Shown one piece after another: positions 12,140 through 25,446 of a stretch of DNA of 64,000 bases (positions within the stretch are counted from its first letter, which is position 1; each line of letters opens with the position of its first letter). A program made the translations under genes and the position numbers. This DNA is from Squalus acanthias (taxonomy: Eukaryota). The notes under the pieces are model-generated. The model was not told the DNA's origin. It was given only the letters and a program-made list of their open reading frames with translations, and did not search any database. The stretch spans positions 68,264,001-68,328,000 of the forward strand of contig CM059438.1 in the NCBI GenBank assembly GCA_030390025.1, given 5' to 3'.

Positions 12140-12890
12140 TCTGCAGAAAAAACATTCTCCTTATCTCCCCTCTGGTTCTTTTCCCATTTTCTTAAATCCG
12201 TATCCTTTGGTTACTGACCCTTCCGCCAGTGGAAACAGTTTCTCCTTATTTACAAAACCCGTCATAATTTTGAACACCTCTATTAAATCTGTTCTTAACC
12301 TTATCTCCTCTATGAACAACAATTCCAATTTCTATATTTTCTCCACGTAATTAAAGTTCCTCATCCCCGGTATCATTCGAGTAAATCATCCAGTGCAGTA
12401 CTGAGGGAGTGCTGCGCTGTCGGAGGTGCCATCTTTCGGATGAGACGTTAAACCGAGGCCCTGTCTGCTCTCAGGTGGACGTAAGAGATCCCATGGCACT
12501 ATTTCGAAGAAGAGTAGGGGAGTTATCCCCGGTGTCTTGGCCAATATTTTGCCCTCAATCAACATAACAAAAAAATACAGATTATCTGGTCATTTTCACA
12601 TTGCTGTTTGTGGGAGCTTGCTGTGCGCAAATTGGCTGCTGCGTTTCCCACATTACAACAGTGACTACACTTCAAAAGTACTTCATTGGCTGTAAAGCGC
12701 TTTGAGCCATCCGGTGGTCGTGAAAGGCGCTATATAAATCCAAGTCTTTCTTTCTTTCTAAATCTCCTCTGCACTCTCTCCAAGCCCTTGACGTCCTTCC
12801 TAGAAGTGTGGTGCTCAAAATTGGATACAGTACTCTAGCTGAGGCCTTACCAGTGATTGACAAAGGTTTAGCATAACTGGCTTGCTTATT
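12140..12890 (-). mobile_element. Old CR1 3' fragment interrupted by a SINE
   Basis: Degenerate CR1 ORF2 C-terminal sequence on both sides of 12389-12757. Confidence 0.7.
12389..12757 (+). mobile_element. Deu-domain SINE, 5'-truncated
   Basis: Deu core plus (cttt)n tail; taaatc duplicated at 12382-12387 and 12759-12764. Confidence 0.85.
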
Positions 12891-13900
12891 TTTCTATTTG
12901 TTAATTACTTCAGGGTAGAATGTTTATGTAGGCACGTGCAGAGGACAATGTCAATGTGACATACTGAGGGAGTATGGGAGAGGGGAGGACTCACAGAACT
13001 GTGAAACGCATTTACAATTCTGATATAAGTCTCACAGTAGCCTAAAATGGAATAATGATGTGGATGATCCACCATGAAGTAAATAAACAGAGCCTACTTG
13101 GTAATTAGGCTTAAAGAGTTGTGCTACTGATGTTATGAAAATTACAACTGTGACAGATGTGACATGTAGAACACAGCAAGTTAAGCAAGCGATAGTAGAT
13201 ACCTAATGGTGTACAGAGGGTCACAGTAATTGACTGTGGCAAGCTTAAAAAGTTCCCTTAGGAATTGAAAGGTTCAGGAAGGCAATCAGTTTGTGACTAA
13301 AACATGAACTGATATTGATAATGGCATGTTTAATGAGGAGATGATAACCCCTCCTGATAGATAAACATAGGGCACAATGACTTTACTGTTTGACGCTAAT
13401 AGACTTTGTAATCTGATTATGCTGTTTGTGTGAAGACTTAATTTCAACCGAAGCAAAGGAAATTCTAAATGACCCGGTGTTTTCAATATTAAAATATCAA
13501 TAGCCCCTCCCAAGTAGAATCCAGATGATATTGTAAATACTTGGGGGGAAAAGTTCGGTATCGACCATTTTGGGGCGCTAATATCGGGCAGGCGCAAAAT
13601 TTAGCGCCCGGCGCAAATTATCACTGGCGACCGGGAAATTCGTCTCCAGTGCCCCTGGAAGTGATTGGAGTGCTAAATCAAGTGTTACACACTTCTCTTA
13701 GGGCGCTAACATCGGGGAACGGGGCGCTACCTCAGAGCGCTACTCAAGCTCAGGCGATGTCAATCACCAAGTCCTCAGGCAGACTGCTGCCTTACAGTTC
13801 TTAAAAGGGGAGGGTCCATCATGCTGCACAGCCTCACCCTGATCATTGCTGCATTTGACCTGGGCCTGCAAGGAGGTGCAAATCTTCAGCAACGATTATC

Positions 13901-15798
13901 ATGGCTGCTCAGAGGCCCAGGGAGAGAGCTCACCGGTTTAACAACCAGGCATTGGTGGTTCTGGTTGGCGCTGACGAACGGCGACAGGCAGTGCTGTTTC
14001 CAGACACTGGCAGGAGGCCGTTGCCCCGGGATTTCACAAAGGTGTGGAGGGAGGTTGCCCATTACGTATCGTCCAGGAGCCTGGTCCAAAGGACTCGCAT
14101 GCAGTGCCGCAAGAAGTTCAATGACCTCACTCAGGTGGTCAGGGTGAGTAAATGCTTGAAATACCTCTATATCCCACCATCTTAACCTCACTCTGTACAC
14201 AGACGGTATAAAGTGTCAATTCCCCAACACTCACCCAACAACTATGGACATCTATGAAAAGTCACATCCACATCTCACATCTTGCAGACATTAATGGCTA
14301 TTCAACTATGGTAGGCACATCTGCCAAACACATGGCTGCACACTTACTCACACGCTGTCCTTTTTCTTGCAGGCCAAACTTTCTCATAACAGGAGGGAGC
14401 AACAACGCATGGATGGAGGACAGGTGGAGCTGCACCACCTCACACAGCTGGAGGAGCGAGTTAACAGACTGATCGCGAGCCATATCTTGGGCGCTGTAGC
14501 AGTTGGAGAGGTCGACCCCCTTGGGGACAGCAACGGTATGTTCATCATCTCTCTCTCCTCTCTCATACCACTTCCCCCTCGCAACACGAGCCTTTCCCAC
14601 TTTCCATCTAACTATACTGTCTCCATTCCTTGCTCCTTTACTGAACCCCTGCCCTCACATAAAAGCCACTCTTGTACCTTCCTGCTTTCAGATAGTGAGG
14701 CACCATCTGACCAGCCTGTCCCTCAGCCTCCCAGTGGCAGCGACGCGGGAGAGGAGGAGGAACACCAAGCCGGAGCCTCACCGCCTGTGTCTCCCGAGGG
14801 CGAGAAATCCGATACTGGGGCCACGCGGTCACTGGAGGGGAGCAGAGGAAATGGCTCTGACGTGGGTGAAGCTCCGGGACCCAGTGGGCTGCAGCAACGC
14901 CATGGGGAAAGGGAAGCTCGGGGGCCATCTACCCAGAGGGCGAGTGTGCGCACGGGTTCTGCTGCACAGGACTCTGATGAGGACCTCACTATCGCGGCGA
15001 TGATTACTCAGGTGGTGAGCATGCATACTGAGCTCATGGGTGCAATGGCAAGGGTGCCTGACAGCATGGATCCACTGGCTAGGAGCGTGGAGGAGTCCGC
15101 AGCCAGCACAGCTATCATCTGTGTGCAAACCCTCGAACCCATCCTTGCTTCATTGCAGAGGATGGTTGACTTGCAGAGAGACTGTGAGGACCCAGACCCA
15201 ATGCTGCGTGTAATGGGTGAGGTGGCAGCATCTATTGCAGCACAGGCCGAGGCAATGCAACGGCTTAGTGCTGGAATTGAGTCATTGGTTGGTGCCATCC
15301 AAGCTCAGACTGCTCTCATGCAGTCTCAGATTGATGCCACGCAAGCGCTGACTGCTGCCATCATCGCTGGGTCGCCCACTGTCCACCGGGGATCTCACGG
15401 TGCCGCAGCAGGCCAGCAATCTGTGCTCCAGCAGATTGCTCCGGATGTTGAGGCTCTGCCCCGGGGGAGTGGCAGTGTGTTGGTTGAGCAGGAAGGTGCT
15501 GTCCTCTCTCAGGATGACAGCATTCCTGCTCCCACCACTGCCACTCTGTCATTGCACTGTAACCCAGCCAGCCCAGACTGCTGCAGCTCATGCAGAGTTG
15601 GTGCAGTCTGCAGCCAGGCCCTCCAGGCCCAGAGCTGGTCGAGGGCGTCCTTCAAGGCCATCTGCAGTCTCTGGATCCAACATTCAACAGCCTTCCACCA
15701 GCCTTGCTGCAGCCACTGGGGCCACATTACGGAGGAGCAGTAGGGTTGAAACGGTGGAAGTGCGAAGGAGAGGGAGATCATTGAAGAAGGCCGAATAA
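13901..15798 (+). pseudogene. Harbinger Myb/SANT-like DNA-binding protein; predicted exons 13901-14143, 14373-14535, 14692-15798
   Basis: RAHRF...W.EVA...RTRMQCRKKFNDL motif; GTGAGT/TTGCAG and GTATGT/TTTCAG junctions keep the frame; probable frameshift near 15550 before a GRGRP...LRRSSR basic tail. Confidence 0.82.
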
Positions 15799-16099
15799 CT
15801 AAAATTTTTCTAACATATGGGGGGAATGTTTGTACCAAAGTTGGATGTGTATGTAAATATATTGTTCACTCTGTTAATACATATTTCGATGTGGTAAGAA
15901 CCAGTTTTGTTTGTTAATGAATTGTTGTGTTTGTTTGTTATTGGTTGTGCTTAATAAGACACAGTTGTTCAGAAAAATAATTTTTTTTAATGAAACATTA
16001 CAAATTTCCTCATGTTTCTCATTGGAACTTTGCCCGGTAATAGGGGCTGCGGGATGGCTGTAACAATGTGCTTGTTGATCCCAAAAGCCATCTTCTCTG

Positions 16100-17265
16100 T
16101 CATTCTCTGTGTTATGAGGCATTCACGATTGGCCCTTGCAGAAGCAACATTGAGCGCCTCCCTCCCACATTGGTGCTGCTCATCCTCCTCTTTATCCTCC
16201 TCCTCCACCTCCTCCTCTCTCTCTTCCTCCTCCTGAGATGGTGCACCAATCCCTGGTGGCAATGACTGGGTCCTCAGAATTGCGAGGTTGTGAAGCATGC
16301 AGCACACAACAATGAAAACCGATACTCGATCGGGGGAGTACTGCAGGTGCTCTTCCAGAGTGGTCAAGACACCGGAACCGTTGCTTCAGCATGCCGATCA
16401 TCTGTTCAATGAGGTTCCTGGTGGTGCTATGGCTCTCATTGTATTGGAGCTTAGCAGGAGTGTTGGGGTTACGGAGCGGTGTCATCAGCCAGGTGCAGAG
16501 TGGATAACCCTTGCCCCTGAGGAGCCAGCCACCAGGTTGATGCGGTGGTTGGAACAAGTCTGGGACACCAGTCTGGCACAGGATGAATGCATCATGGCTG
16601 CTGCCAGGATAGTGGGCATTGACGGCGAGGGTGTGCTGTCTGTGGTCGCACACCAACTGAATGTTGAGTGTGGTAGCCTTTGCGGTTGCAGAAAGCCTCT
16701 GCATTTAATGAGGTGCTCACAATGCCATGTATGTGCAGTCAATGGCGCCCTGAACCATGGGGAAACCCGCTATCCCAGCGAAGCCACATGCGCATTCATG
16801 CTGTTTATCTCGGGTCATGGGGAATGAGGTGTACTACCTTCTCCTTTTGTAGAGAGCATTTGTGACCTCCCGGATACAACAATGGATAGCGCGCTGGGAG
16901 ATGTTCACAATATCCCCTGTTGAAGCCTGGAAGGAGCCGCTGGCGTAGAAATTGAGAGCGACCATCACCTTCACTGCCACCGGCAGAGACGTCCTGGTCC
17001 TGAGCTGAGGCTGGAGCTCTGGCTGCAGGAGGTGGCAGAGCTCGGTGACCACCTCCTTGCTGAAGCGGAGCCTTCTAAAACACTGCTCCCCGGACAAATG
17101 AATGTAGGAGAATTGCTACCGGAATGCCCTGGGAGGGTAAGGTCTCCTGTGCAGAGCCCTGTTGGCCCTCCTCCCTCTGGCCACGTTTTCCACTCTCTCT
17201 CTCTGCCTCCGCTGCCTCCGACGGTGAAGCTGGAGGACGAGGCCCCGTGCCAGGACAGCCCCCAT
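16100..17265 (-). pseudogene. Harbinger DDE transposase (HARBI1-like), disrupted
   Basis: RRLRFSKE, ALNFYASGSFQ, GAIDCTH, YPGSSHDAFIL, IEQMIGMLKQRFRCLD, CCMLHN; several stops and frameshifts; LGDKGY altered to LRGKGY; 3' end approximate. Confidence 0.92.
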
Positions 17266-18105
17266 TAAATCTTCTAAATGTGGTAGTAATAAAGCTGACA
17301 GAAATGGGAACCTGAAAAGTCTTGCTGACGAACAAAACTTCTTCAAGTAGGACAGCGTTAAATGTCTCCAGACGCCTCTCTCCCTCTCTCAACCTGCGCA
17401 TGCAGAATTGATAGCCAACAAAAAAAAGATAGAAGCACACGCCTTTAAATAACGCTCCCCCAGCTCCCAGCCAACTGCAAACCGTCCCCCTCTACCTGTC
17501 GTTCCTAGCGCCAGGCGCTGAGGCAGGGGGCGATGCGCGCTTCAATTACGTCACAATCTCCGGGTGCAGGAGATCGTGGCGGTAGTGTTTAGCGCCACCG
17601 CAAACCACCAGGTCAATTTCACAGGCGGCACTAAAATCACCGCGCACGGGCGGTAAGTTGTTAGCGGCCCATTAGCGGCCCCCGGAGGCACTAACGGGAG
17701 GCGCTAACCAACCGATTTTTTTTCCCCCTTGACCCTTCAAATGATATTGTGGGATGCCAGCATAGGAGTGCTCAATGTGTTCAGCTGATAGTTCTCTCCA
17801 CTATTTTATGGGAGCCATTAACACGTCTATTTTAAAATGGTGGAGAGTCAGCTGCCAATCAGCCGGCAGCTTTCGCACAGCTTAACACAGTCTCCGATAA
17901 TCGAGGTTCAGCGAGGCAAAGTTAACACTTCATTTAAACTCAGCTGTGCAAAGGACAGATTTCTATCAGAAAATGCGGCAGATCCAGCAGTACCTGAAAG
18001 GAAATTAAGAACGGTTAACATTTTGGGTGTTTCTGCCACTTGTATTCCATACTAATGCTTTGGAATGACGCATAATGTTAATGAGTAGCAGCAATTCTTG
18101 TTTTC

Positions 18106-18498
18106 ATAAGAACATAAGAACATAAGACGTAGGAGCAGGAGTAGGTCATTTGGCCCCTCGAGCCTGCTCCGCCATTCAATAAGATCATGGCTGATCTGAT
18201 CTTGGCCTCAACTCCACTTCCCTGCCCGCTCCCCATAACCCTTGACTACCTTATCGTTCAAAAATCTGTCTATCTCCAACTTAAATATATTCAATGACCC
18301 AGCCTCCACAGCTCTCTGGGGAAGAGAATTCCAAAGATTCACGACCCTCTGAGAGAAGAAATTCTCCTCATTTCTGTTTTAAATGGGTGCACCCCTTATT
18401 CTGAAATTATGCCCCCTAGTTCTAGATTCCCCCACAAGGGGAAACATCCTCTCTGCATCTACCCTGTCAAGCCCCTTCAGGATCTTATATGTTTCAAT
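18106..18498 (-). mobile_element. CR1 3' end
   Basis: (cataagaa)n tail, 3' stem region and ORF2 C-terminal codons. Confidence 0.9.
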
Positions 18499-19847
18499 AT
18501 TTTCCTGACATAAGTGTGGAGTTTAACTTAAACATGAGTAACTATTGTCCTGTTGCTCCAGTCATCATCTTGGAAAGAACTGACAACCTGATCCCATCTC
18601 TTCAGTGTTATGGAGGATGGATTCTGTTACAGAGTAGGCAATTCGCATTAGACCCGTCGGTCTGCCTGACCTGGTTGCACTCACTCCAGAAACAAGACCT
18701 GTTTTGTTTTTTTATTCCTTAAACAGGCCAGCGGTACTTTATTAATGGATGAATAGACACTTTGCAAAAGGTGGGGTTGCTCACTGTGAAAAGTAAGTCT
18801 GAGCATTGTTTTGATGGTTTCCACTCTTTTTCAAGCTTATCCATCTAACGTTGCTACCTGTCAGCATCAGTTTATTTCTGACGCAATTACCAATCCGCGG
18901 GCAGGAAGGTCTCTGACTGAAGACACCGTGGCCAAGAGGAGAGGAGGTATTTCTAGATAAAAACAACACGATTTTCATCTGCATTGATAACGGGCGACTG
19001 ATCCGCATTGCCAGCTCTCCGCCTGGGCAGCAAGTTGAAAATCTGCCCCATTCTGTCAAAGCCTGGTGTTAAAGCAGATTGGCACCTGTCTAGCTTGGAG
19101 CTACTCTCAGACATTGGATCTGGCGAGCTGAGAACTGGACCTTTTTCATAATGGAACTTCTCATGGCGATAAGTACGCCACGGCAGTTTGATTCCTGCTC
19201 TTCTCCCTGCACTCATTTCCATCTTTTGGCCTGTGATGGTGGCGAACAGCTTTCGCTAAATGAGTGTTGTCAGGCATTGCTAATGTGCTGTTGTTTGGAT
19301 GGGTTCAGGCTCCTCTGCTGCATGCGATAAAACCTGCTTCTTCAGTCCTCTGAATCTTTTCATTTCTGGAGTAAAGATCTGAAGGAGCAGCTTTCTGCTT
19401 GGAATTGTAACCCTGCCATATAGTGCTTGATATTCCTTTCAAATTACGAGCAAATAGCTGAAGTGACAGTCAAAAGTGGCATCTCATGCTTTGTTAACTT
19501 CTACAGGGTGGTTAGGGAACTTCTTAGAAGGAGAGTGTAGCCTGAACATACGATTTCCTTTTTCTGCTACTGAACAAATCCTAAATGCAGGGATTGTAGC
19601 TGTTGATCAGATGGATCCTTCAACGAGCAGCAGATAGTTGACTTCTGTTGACGGTAACCAGCCTGTCAATGAAAATAGAACTAGGAGCAGATGGTAGTTA
19701 GTAAAATATTGCCAAAATGGTCTGTCTCTCCTCGAGGGCTGCTTCAGTCCCAAGAACTTTCAAAGTGATTCATTGCAAGCCTTTTGTGTGTGAAGATGCC
19801 AACCCACTCTTCCAATATTGAATAGTTTGCCTGCCATCTACATCACA

Positions 19848-20505
19848 GTCTCATCGTGACAAATCATTACATAGTGTTACATAGAATAATTTTACTAGAA
19901 TGATACCAGAACTGTGAGCTTATGCCTATCAGGAAAGATTGAACAGGCTGGGACTCTTTTCTCTCGAAAGGAGAAGATTGAGGGGTGACCTAATAGAGGT
20001 CTTTAAGATTATGAATGGGTTTGATAGGGTAGACGTAGAGAAGATGTTTCCACTTGCGGGTGAGAACTGAACTAGCGGCCATAGATATAAGATTATCACT
20101 AATAAATGAAATAGGGAATTCAGGAGAAATTTCTTTACCCACAATGGTGAGATTGTGGAACTCATTACCACAGCGAGTAGTTGAGGCATGTAGCATAGAT
20201 GCATTCAAAGGGTAGGTGGATAAGCACATGAGGGAGAAAGGAATAGAAGAATATGTTGATGGGGTTTGATGAAGAGGGGTGGAGGAGGTTCAAGTGGCGC
20301 ACAAAACCGACATGGAGCCATTGGGCCAAATGGCCTGTTTCTGTGCTGTAAATTCTATGTAACACTATGTAATGATTTGTCACGGTGAGACAAGGTTCTA
20401 TACAAGTTTAACAGAACTTCTCTGCTTTTCAATTCTATCCCTCTAGAATTGAACGGCAGTGCTTTTTTTTAATGACCTTATTATCCTGTGTCACTACTTT
20501 TAGTA
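19848..20505. mobile_element. Rearranged CR1 fragment (3' end on +, upstream piece on -)
   Basis: 19891-20370 is a CR1 3' end on +; 20391-20505 reads SRGIELKSREVLLNLYRTL on -; 40-bp inverted repeat at the boundaries. Confidence 0.8.
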
Positions 20506-20754
20506 ATAATTAGGGATGGACACGGACTTATTCACAATCTGGTTCATTAAGAATGATTAATAGATAATTTATAAATCAGGACTGAGAAGATGCCACCCAC
20601 ATGAGCATATTGGCCCACAGGCTATTTGTGTAATGTTATATGAATTTATCATCCTTCTTGAAGAAGTCCATTACCAAATAACATGGCCACCAATGTTTGT
20701 GTCCAGGTTACACAACACTGAGATTTTGGGATCTTCCTCTAACTGTCTTCATGC

Positions 20755-21192
20755 CCAAAGCAGCCTGCTTGATTGGCACCTCATCCACCACCTTAAACAT
20801 TTACTCCCTCCACCACCGGCGTACTGTGGCTGCAGTGTGTACCATCTACAAGATGCACTGCAGCAACTCGCCAAGGCTTCTTCAGCAGCACCTCCCAAAC
20901 CCACAACCTCTTCCATCTAGAAGGACAAGGGCAGCAGGCGCATGGGAACACCACCACCTCCAAGTTCCCCTCCAAGTCACACACCATCCTGACTGAGAAA
21001 TATATCGCCGATCTTCATCGTCGCTGGGTCAAAATCCTGGAACTCCCTACCTGATGGCACTGTGGGAGTACCTTCACCACACAGACTGCAGCGGTTCAAG
21101 AAGAGCGGCTCACCACCACCTTCTCAAGGGCAATTAGGGATGGGCAATAAATGCAGGCCTTGCCAGCGACGCACACATCCCATTAAAAAAAA
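20755..21192 (+). mobile_element. Second non-LTR LINE family (CR1/Jockey group, clade uncertain), 3' end
   Basis: SLHHRRTVAAVCTIYKMHCS; aataaa then A-rich tail; homologous to the 22659 and 57510 copies. Confidence 0.85.
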
Positions 21193-21269
21193 TGAATTAA
21201 AAAACTTGCTGTCCGAAAGGAAATTTATTTTTAGCTTATCAAGCTCGAGCTCATGGATCTATATCTAGT

Positions 21270-22011
21270 GGGTGTGAGATATCTCAGCTGGAAAAATAAT
21301 GGTGAGTTCACGGCACCCGCCATCATAAAAAACCTCGCAATTTGTGGTGAGGAAGATATACGCCATGAGTACCAATCCGTTGCAAATTACTGGATGATTA
21401 GCCTTGCCAAACCTGAAAAAATTACCAATTCGCCATGAGCTTCCCGATTGTGTGTCATGAAATTGCTGGATTTATGTCATTAATACCAATTAATCTCGCG
21501 GCAGCCATGTAGGACTGGTAATTTAGGTTGAAAAGACCCTATTCATGGTCCTGACATGCCACTCAACCTTGGAGGCCCAGAAAGGGAACAATGAAACTGT
21601 GGAGTACCACTCCCGTAGATAGTAAAATGTTCCTAGAGGTTTTTGAAATTTAAAATATTTTTCTTACTTTTACTTTCTGTCTCTTTTTCTCTCCCTCTCT
21701 CTCTAAATCCACTCTCTTTCTTTCCCTCTCTATTTCTTTCTCTATCTAATTTGACTCTAATTCACCCTATTTCCTTCTCTGTCGTTCACCATGTTTCTTT
21801 CTCCATCCTTAAATTTCAGTAGTTAAGGAGATAGACCACTGGACCCGACGTTCACGAGGTCCCAGATGCCCGGTTGACCTCGCCGCGCCGTTATCAACGC
21901 GTACGTCCCGCAAATTGCGGCACAAAATGAATATGATCCGAAGGGTGAGGAAAAAAATTCCAATTCACTGCACTCGCCGCGAGATACCCAGCTCCAGCGA
22001 TTTCTGGACCC
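21270..22011. mobile_element. Probable degraded MITE
   Basis: CpG-rich arms, ends gcgatttctggaccc (Harbinger-like terminus), CT-rich centre; the left TIR is weak. Confidence 0.4.
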
Positions 22012-22658
22012 TGGCCTCTTTGACGTACTTCGTGAGGTTTCTTTGGCTTTAAGACCACAAACTTAGCACCAACGCCACCCTGAACTACTCCAGCAACATG
22101 AACCAAACTTAGTTCCAGGAAGACCCACTTCAAAAGACCAATAAGAGCACTCTGGACAACAAAGCTATCATCTTCTGTCGGTCATTTATCTCAGTTTTCA
22201 CCTGTATCTGCACAGAAATGCATCATCACTCACAATACGTTGCGGTTGTGTCAACATATCCAACTGCCCCTTGTTAGAAAACTATTTCCAGGGTTTGTTA
22301 AATGTAGCACTTTCATTGGAAATGCAGTGAAACCTGTAAATTGCAAACACCTTAGGGGTCGACATCAGATGTCCTTTTTTTGCCGGTGCCCTTATTTTCA
22401 AAATGGTCATTGTATGGACTGAAAATCTTTCAGCAGAACGGGGAGTTCTTTACCCAGCATCCATAGTGACAGGGAACCCACTCTGTCCCTGGGATCGAGC
22501 CATGCAAGCATTCAATCCCAGAGCTAGAACAGTTTCTCTGTGGATACTGGGTAAAGAGCTCTCCATTCCACAAAAGCCGTTTCTTTCACAAAACCCGCCG
22601 CCGCCTCGCGCTGGCCTGCATACACTGACCTAACGAGAATTTGGGGGCAGAAACTCTC

Positions 22659-23407
22659 CAACAAGCGAGAGTCTAAACACCGCCCCTTGACATTCAATGG
22701 CATTACCATCGCTGAATCCCCCACCATCAACATCCTGGGGGGTCACCATTGAGCAGAAACTTAACTGGACCAGCCACATAAATGCTGTGGCAACAAGAGC
22801 AGGTCAGAGGCTGGGTATTCTGCAGCGAGTGTCTCACCTCCTGACTCCCCAAAGCTTTACTACCATCTACAATGCACAAGTAAGGAGTGTGATGGAGTAC
22901 TCTCCACTTGCCTGGATGAGTGCAGCTCCAACAACACTCAAGAAGCTCGACGCCATACAGGACAAAGCAGCCCACTTGATTGGCACCCCATCTACCACCT
23001 TAAACATTCACTCCCTCCACCACCGGCGTACCGTGGCTGCAGTGTGTACCATCTACAAGATGCACTGCAGCAACTCGCCAAGGCTTCTTCGGCAGCACCT
23101 CCCAAACCCGCGACGACTTCCACCTAGAAGGACAAGGGCAGCAGGCGCATGGGAACACCACCACCTCCAAGTTCCCTTCCAAGTCACACACCATCCTGAC
23201 TTGGCAGGATATCGCCGATCCTTCATCGTCGCTGGGTCAAAATCCTGGAACTCCCTCCCTAACAGCACTGTGGGAGTACCTTCACCACACGGACTGCAGA
23301 GGTTCAAGAAGGCGGCTCAGCACCACCGTCTCAAGGGCAATTAGGGGTGGGCCAATAAATGCAGGCCTTGCCAGCGAGGCCCACATCCCATAAACAAATT
23401 TAAAAAA
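22659..23407 (+). mobile_element. Second LINE family, 3' end
   Basis: ORF 22697-23344 (LNWTSHI...QVRSVMEYSPLAW), post-RT region and tail. Confidence 0.88.
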
Positions 23408-24974
23408 GGAAGTGAGTCACAGGGGGAAGCGGCCAGTGATCCCGACATGGTGCAAATTTCAGATACAGCAGCTTTGCGACAGGCTGTGTTCTGTGTTTTA
23501 AGGTGTAAAACGGCTTGGTCCGTAGTTCGTAATTTGCGAGTGTCTGGTTTCAGAGTGCTGTTTGTATAGTTTACCATGTAAGTTATTCGTGTCTCTCAAT
23601 AAGTGTCTGCTTAGTTGGGAGTGTCCGTTTATACAGGTTTCATGCTAAAAGATTTTCTTATCAGCTTACAAAAAGTAGCATCAATTTACTAACTGAAATG
23701 GCAGTGACGTCACATGTGCAGAGTTTATTGTAAACATCCAGAAGGCCTGTAGCGGCCACGCCATTTCTTCATCCCAAAGACCACAGAGAAATTTGGAACT
23801 GAAATTTTGATCCAAGCTTCATTCATTAATCTTCAGAGATAATCCCTGTTCTGTGATACTATTTCTTTCTTGATAGGGCCACACACAGTCTGAAGGGACA
23901 GTAACTCATCACCAGAACAGCATGATGAACATTTACTGCCAGTAGAGTAGGCTTTGATTCTTTTTATGATTCACTTTTAATATTAAAGATCTTGAAGGCC
24001 TTTATTGTACAAAACAGAACATATCAGATGTAGTTCAGCTTTCTGGTTTTTATGGATGTTCTTGAAATGTGAAAACAAACCCTTTTAGTGATGTAAAGTT
24101 TTACTGGAATCTCCTCAATAATGAGGTGCCGACTTCAATTCCTTGCAGATACTTGGTGCAAACTCTCAGGCTCAAACTGCTTATTGATGCACGAACAGTG
24201 CCTGCTGGCAGCCAATACCGACAACTTCACTTAAATAATTGGATTCTTGACAAGTGAATATTAATGTTAAATGAAAGAAAGAGTGAATATCAAAATGTGC
24301 ACAGCACGTGTTTATGTCTGAAATTGTGTTCTGCATTTATGAATTTTAATTTGCATAATTTTAAAAGTTCACGTCATCTAACATGCGAGGAAGTTGCAAT
24401 TCGTTTCTCTGGTGACTGCGATACTTTTGTTTTGTGCACAATTATTTTGCTGTTCTGGTGATATATTTAGCGCGAGCAGTCAGTGCTTGGAAACAGCGAC
24501 TGTTGTCTATTTATTTTTGCATCGTGTCAGCATCTGGGGGCTCTCAGCAGCACATGGCTTCTGCACCCTTTATGTTGCACTATTGATGTGAGTGTTGGGC
24601 TGATAGTTCTATTGTGCCAGCTGGGTTTGGCGTTATTAATTTAAATGAGTCGACAGGAATGTAAATGATTAATCGCTCATCTCATATTTACTCTGGCTGC
24701 AGTATAACGCAGCGAATATAAAGCCAACCTTTCCGTTTCTCATTTGGAGTTGCGTGCAGCAAACTGTCCTTCCAGTTTCTTCTGGTTGAAAAGATTAATT
24801 GCCGAGTCGGCTCTTTTCAATCTGTTAACAAAACATACACTGGCAGTAGGAAGCCAGTACATTATTCCCAATGTTTTACTGTGTGGAAGTGTTGTTCTCT
24901 TACGCTCCCATCCAGAGCAGTTTGGCTGGGCTACATTTCACGTTCATCCAAAGGTGCTGTCGCATTACCTGTGT

Positions 24975-25446
24975 AAGACCGCACAAAGTGGAGGAGAAGC
25001 ATCAGGGAAGGCGCCAAACACCTCGAGTCTCTTCGCCGGGAGCAAGCCAAGCGCAAGGAGCGCACGTCAAGAGAGCCCCAGGTGGGCAGAGGAAACGCTT
25101 CAAGGACACCCTCAAAGCCTCCTTGAAAAAGTGCAACATCCCCACCGACACCTGGGAATCCCTGGCCCAAGACCGCACAAAGTGGAGGAGAAGCATCCGG
25201 GAAGGCGCCGAACACCTCGAGTCTCTTCACCGGGAGCAAGCGGAAGCCAAGCGCAAGGAGCGCACGTCAACCCGAGCACCCCACGTCAACCCAAGCACCC
25301 CACCCACCCGCCCCTTCAACCACCATCTGCCCCACCTGTGACAGAGACTGTAGGTCCCGCATTGGACTCATCAGTCACCTGAGAACTCATTTTTAATGTG
25401 GAAGCAAGTCATCCTCGGTTCTGAGAGACTGCCTAAGAAGAAGAAG
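24975..25446 (+). mobile_element. RTE-clade LINE 3' end
   Basis: RAPGGQRKRFKDTLKASLKKCNIPTDTWESLAQDRTKWR; C-terminal CPTC...LISHLRTH finger; (aag)n tail. Confidence 0.88.

Larger units (their letters stand above)
13543..17727. mobile_element. Full-length PIF/Harbinger transposon, family A (decayed)
   Basis: Imperfect 17-bp TIRs ggggggaaaagttcggt / accgattttttttcccc; TSD CTT; convergent Myb/SANT and DDE transposase genes. Confidence 0.92.

Noticed and set aside
15987..17265. Domesticated host HARBI1/NAIF1 gene pair
   Set aside because: TIRs and TSD are present and the transposase is disrupted, so this is a transposon copy
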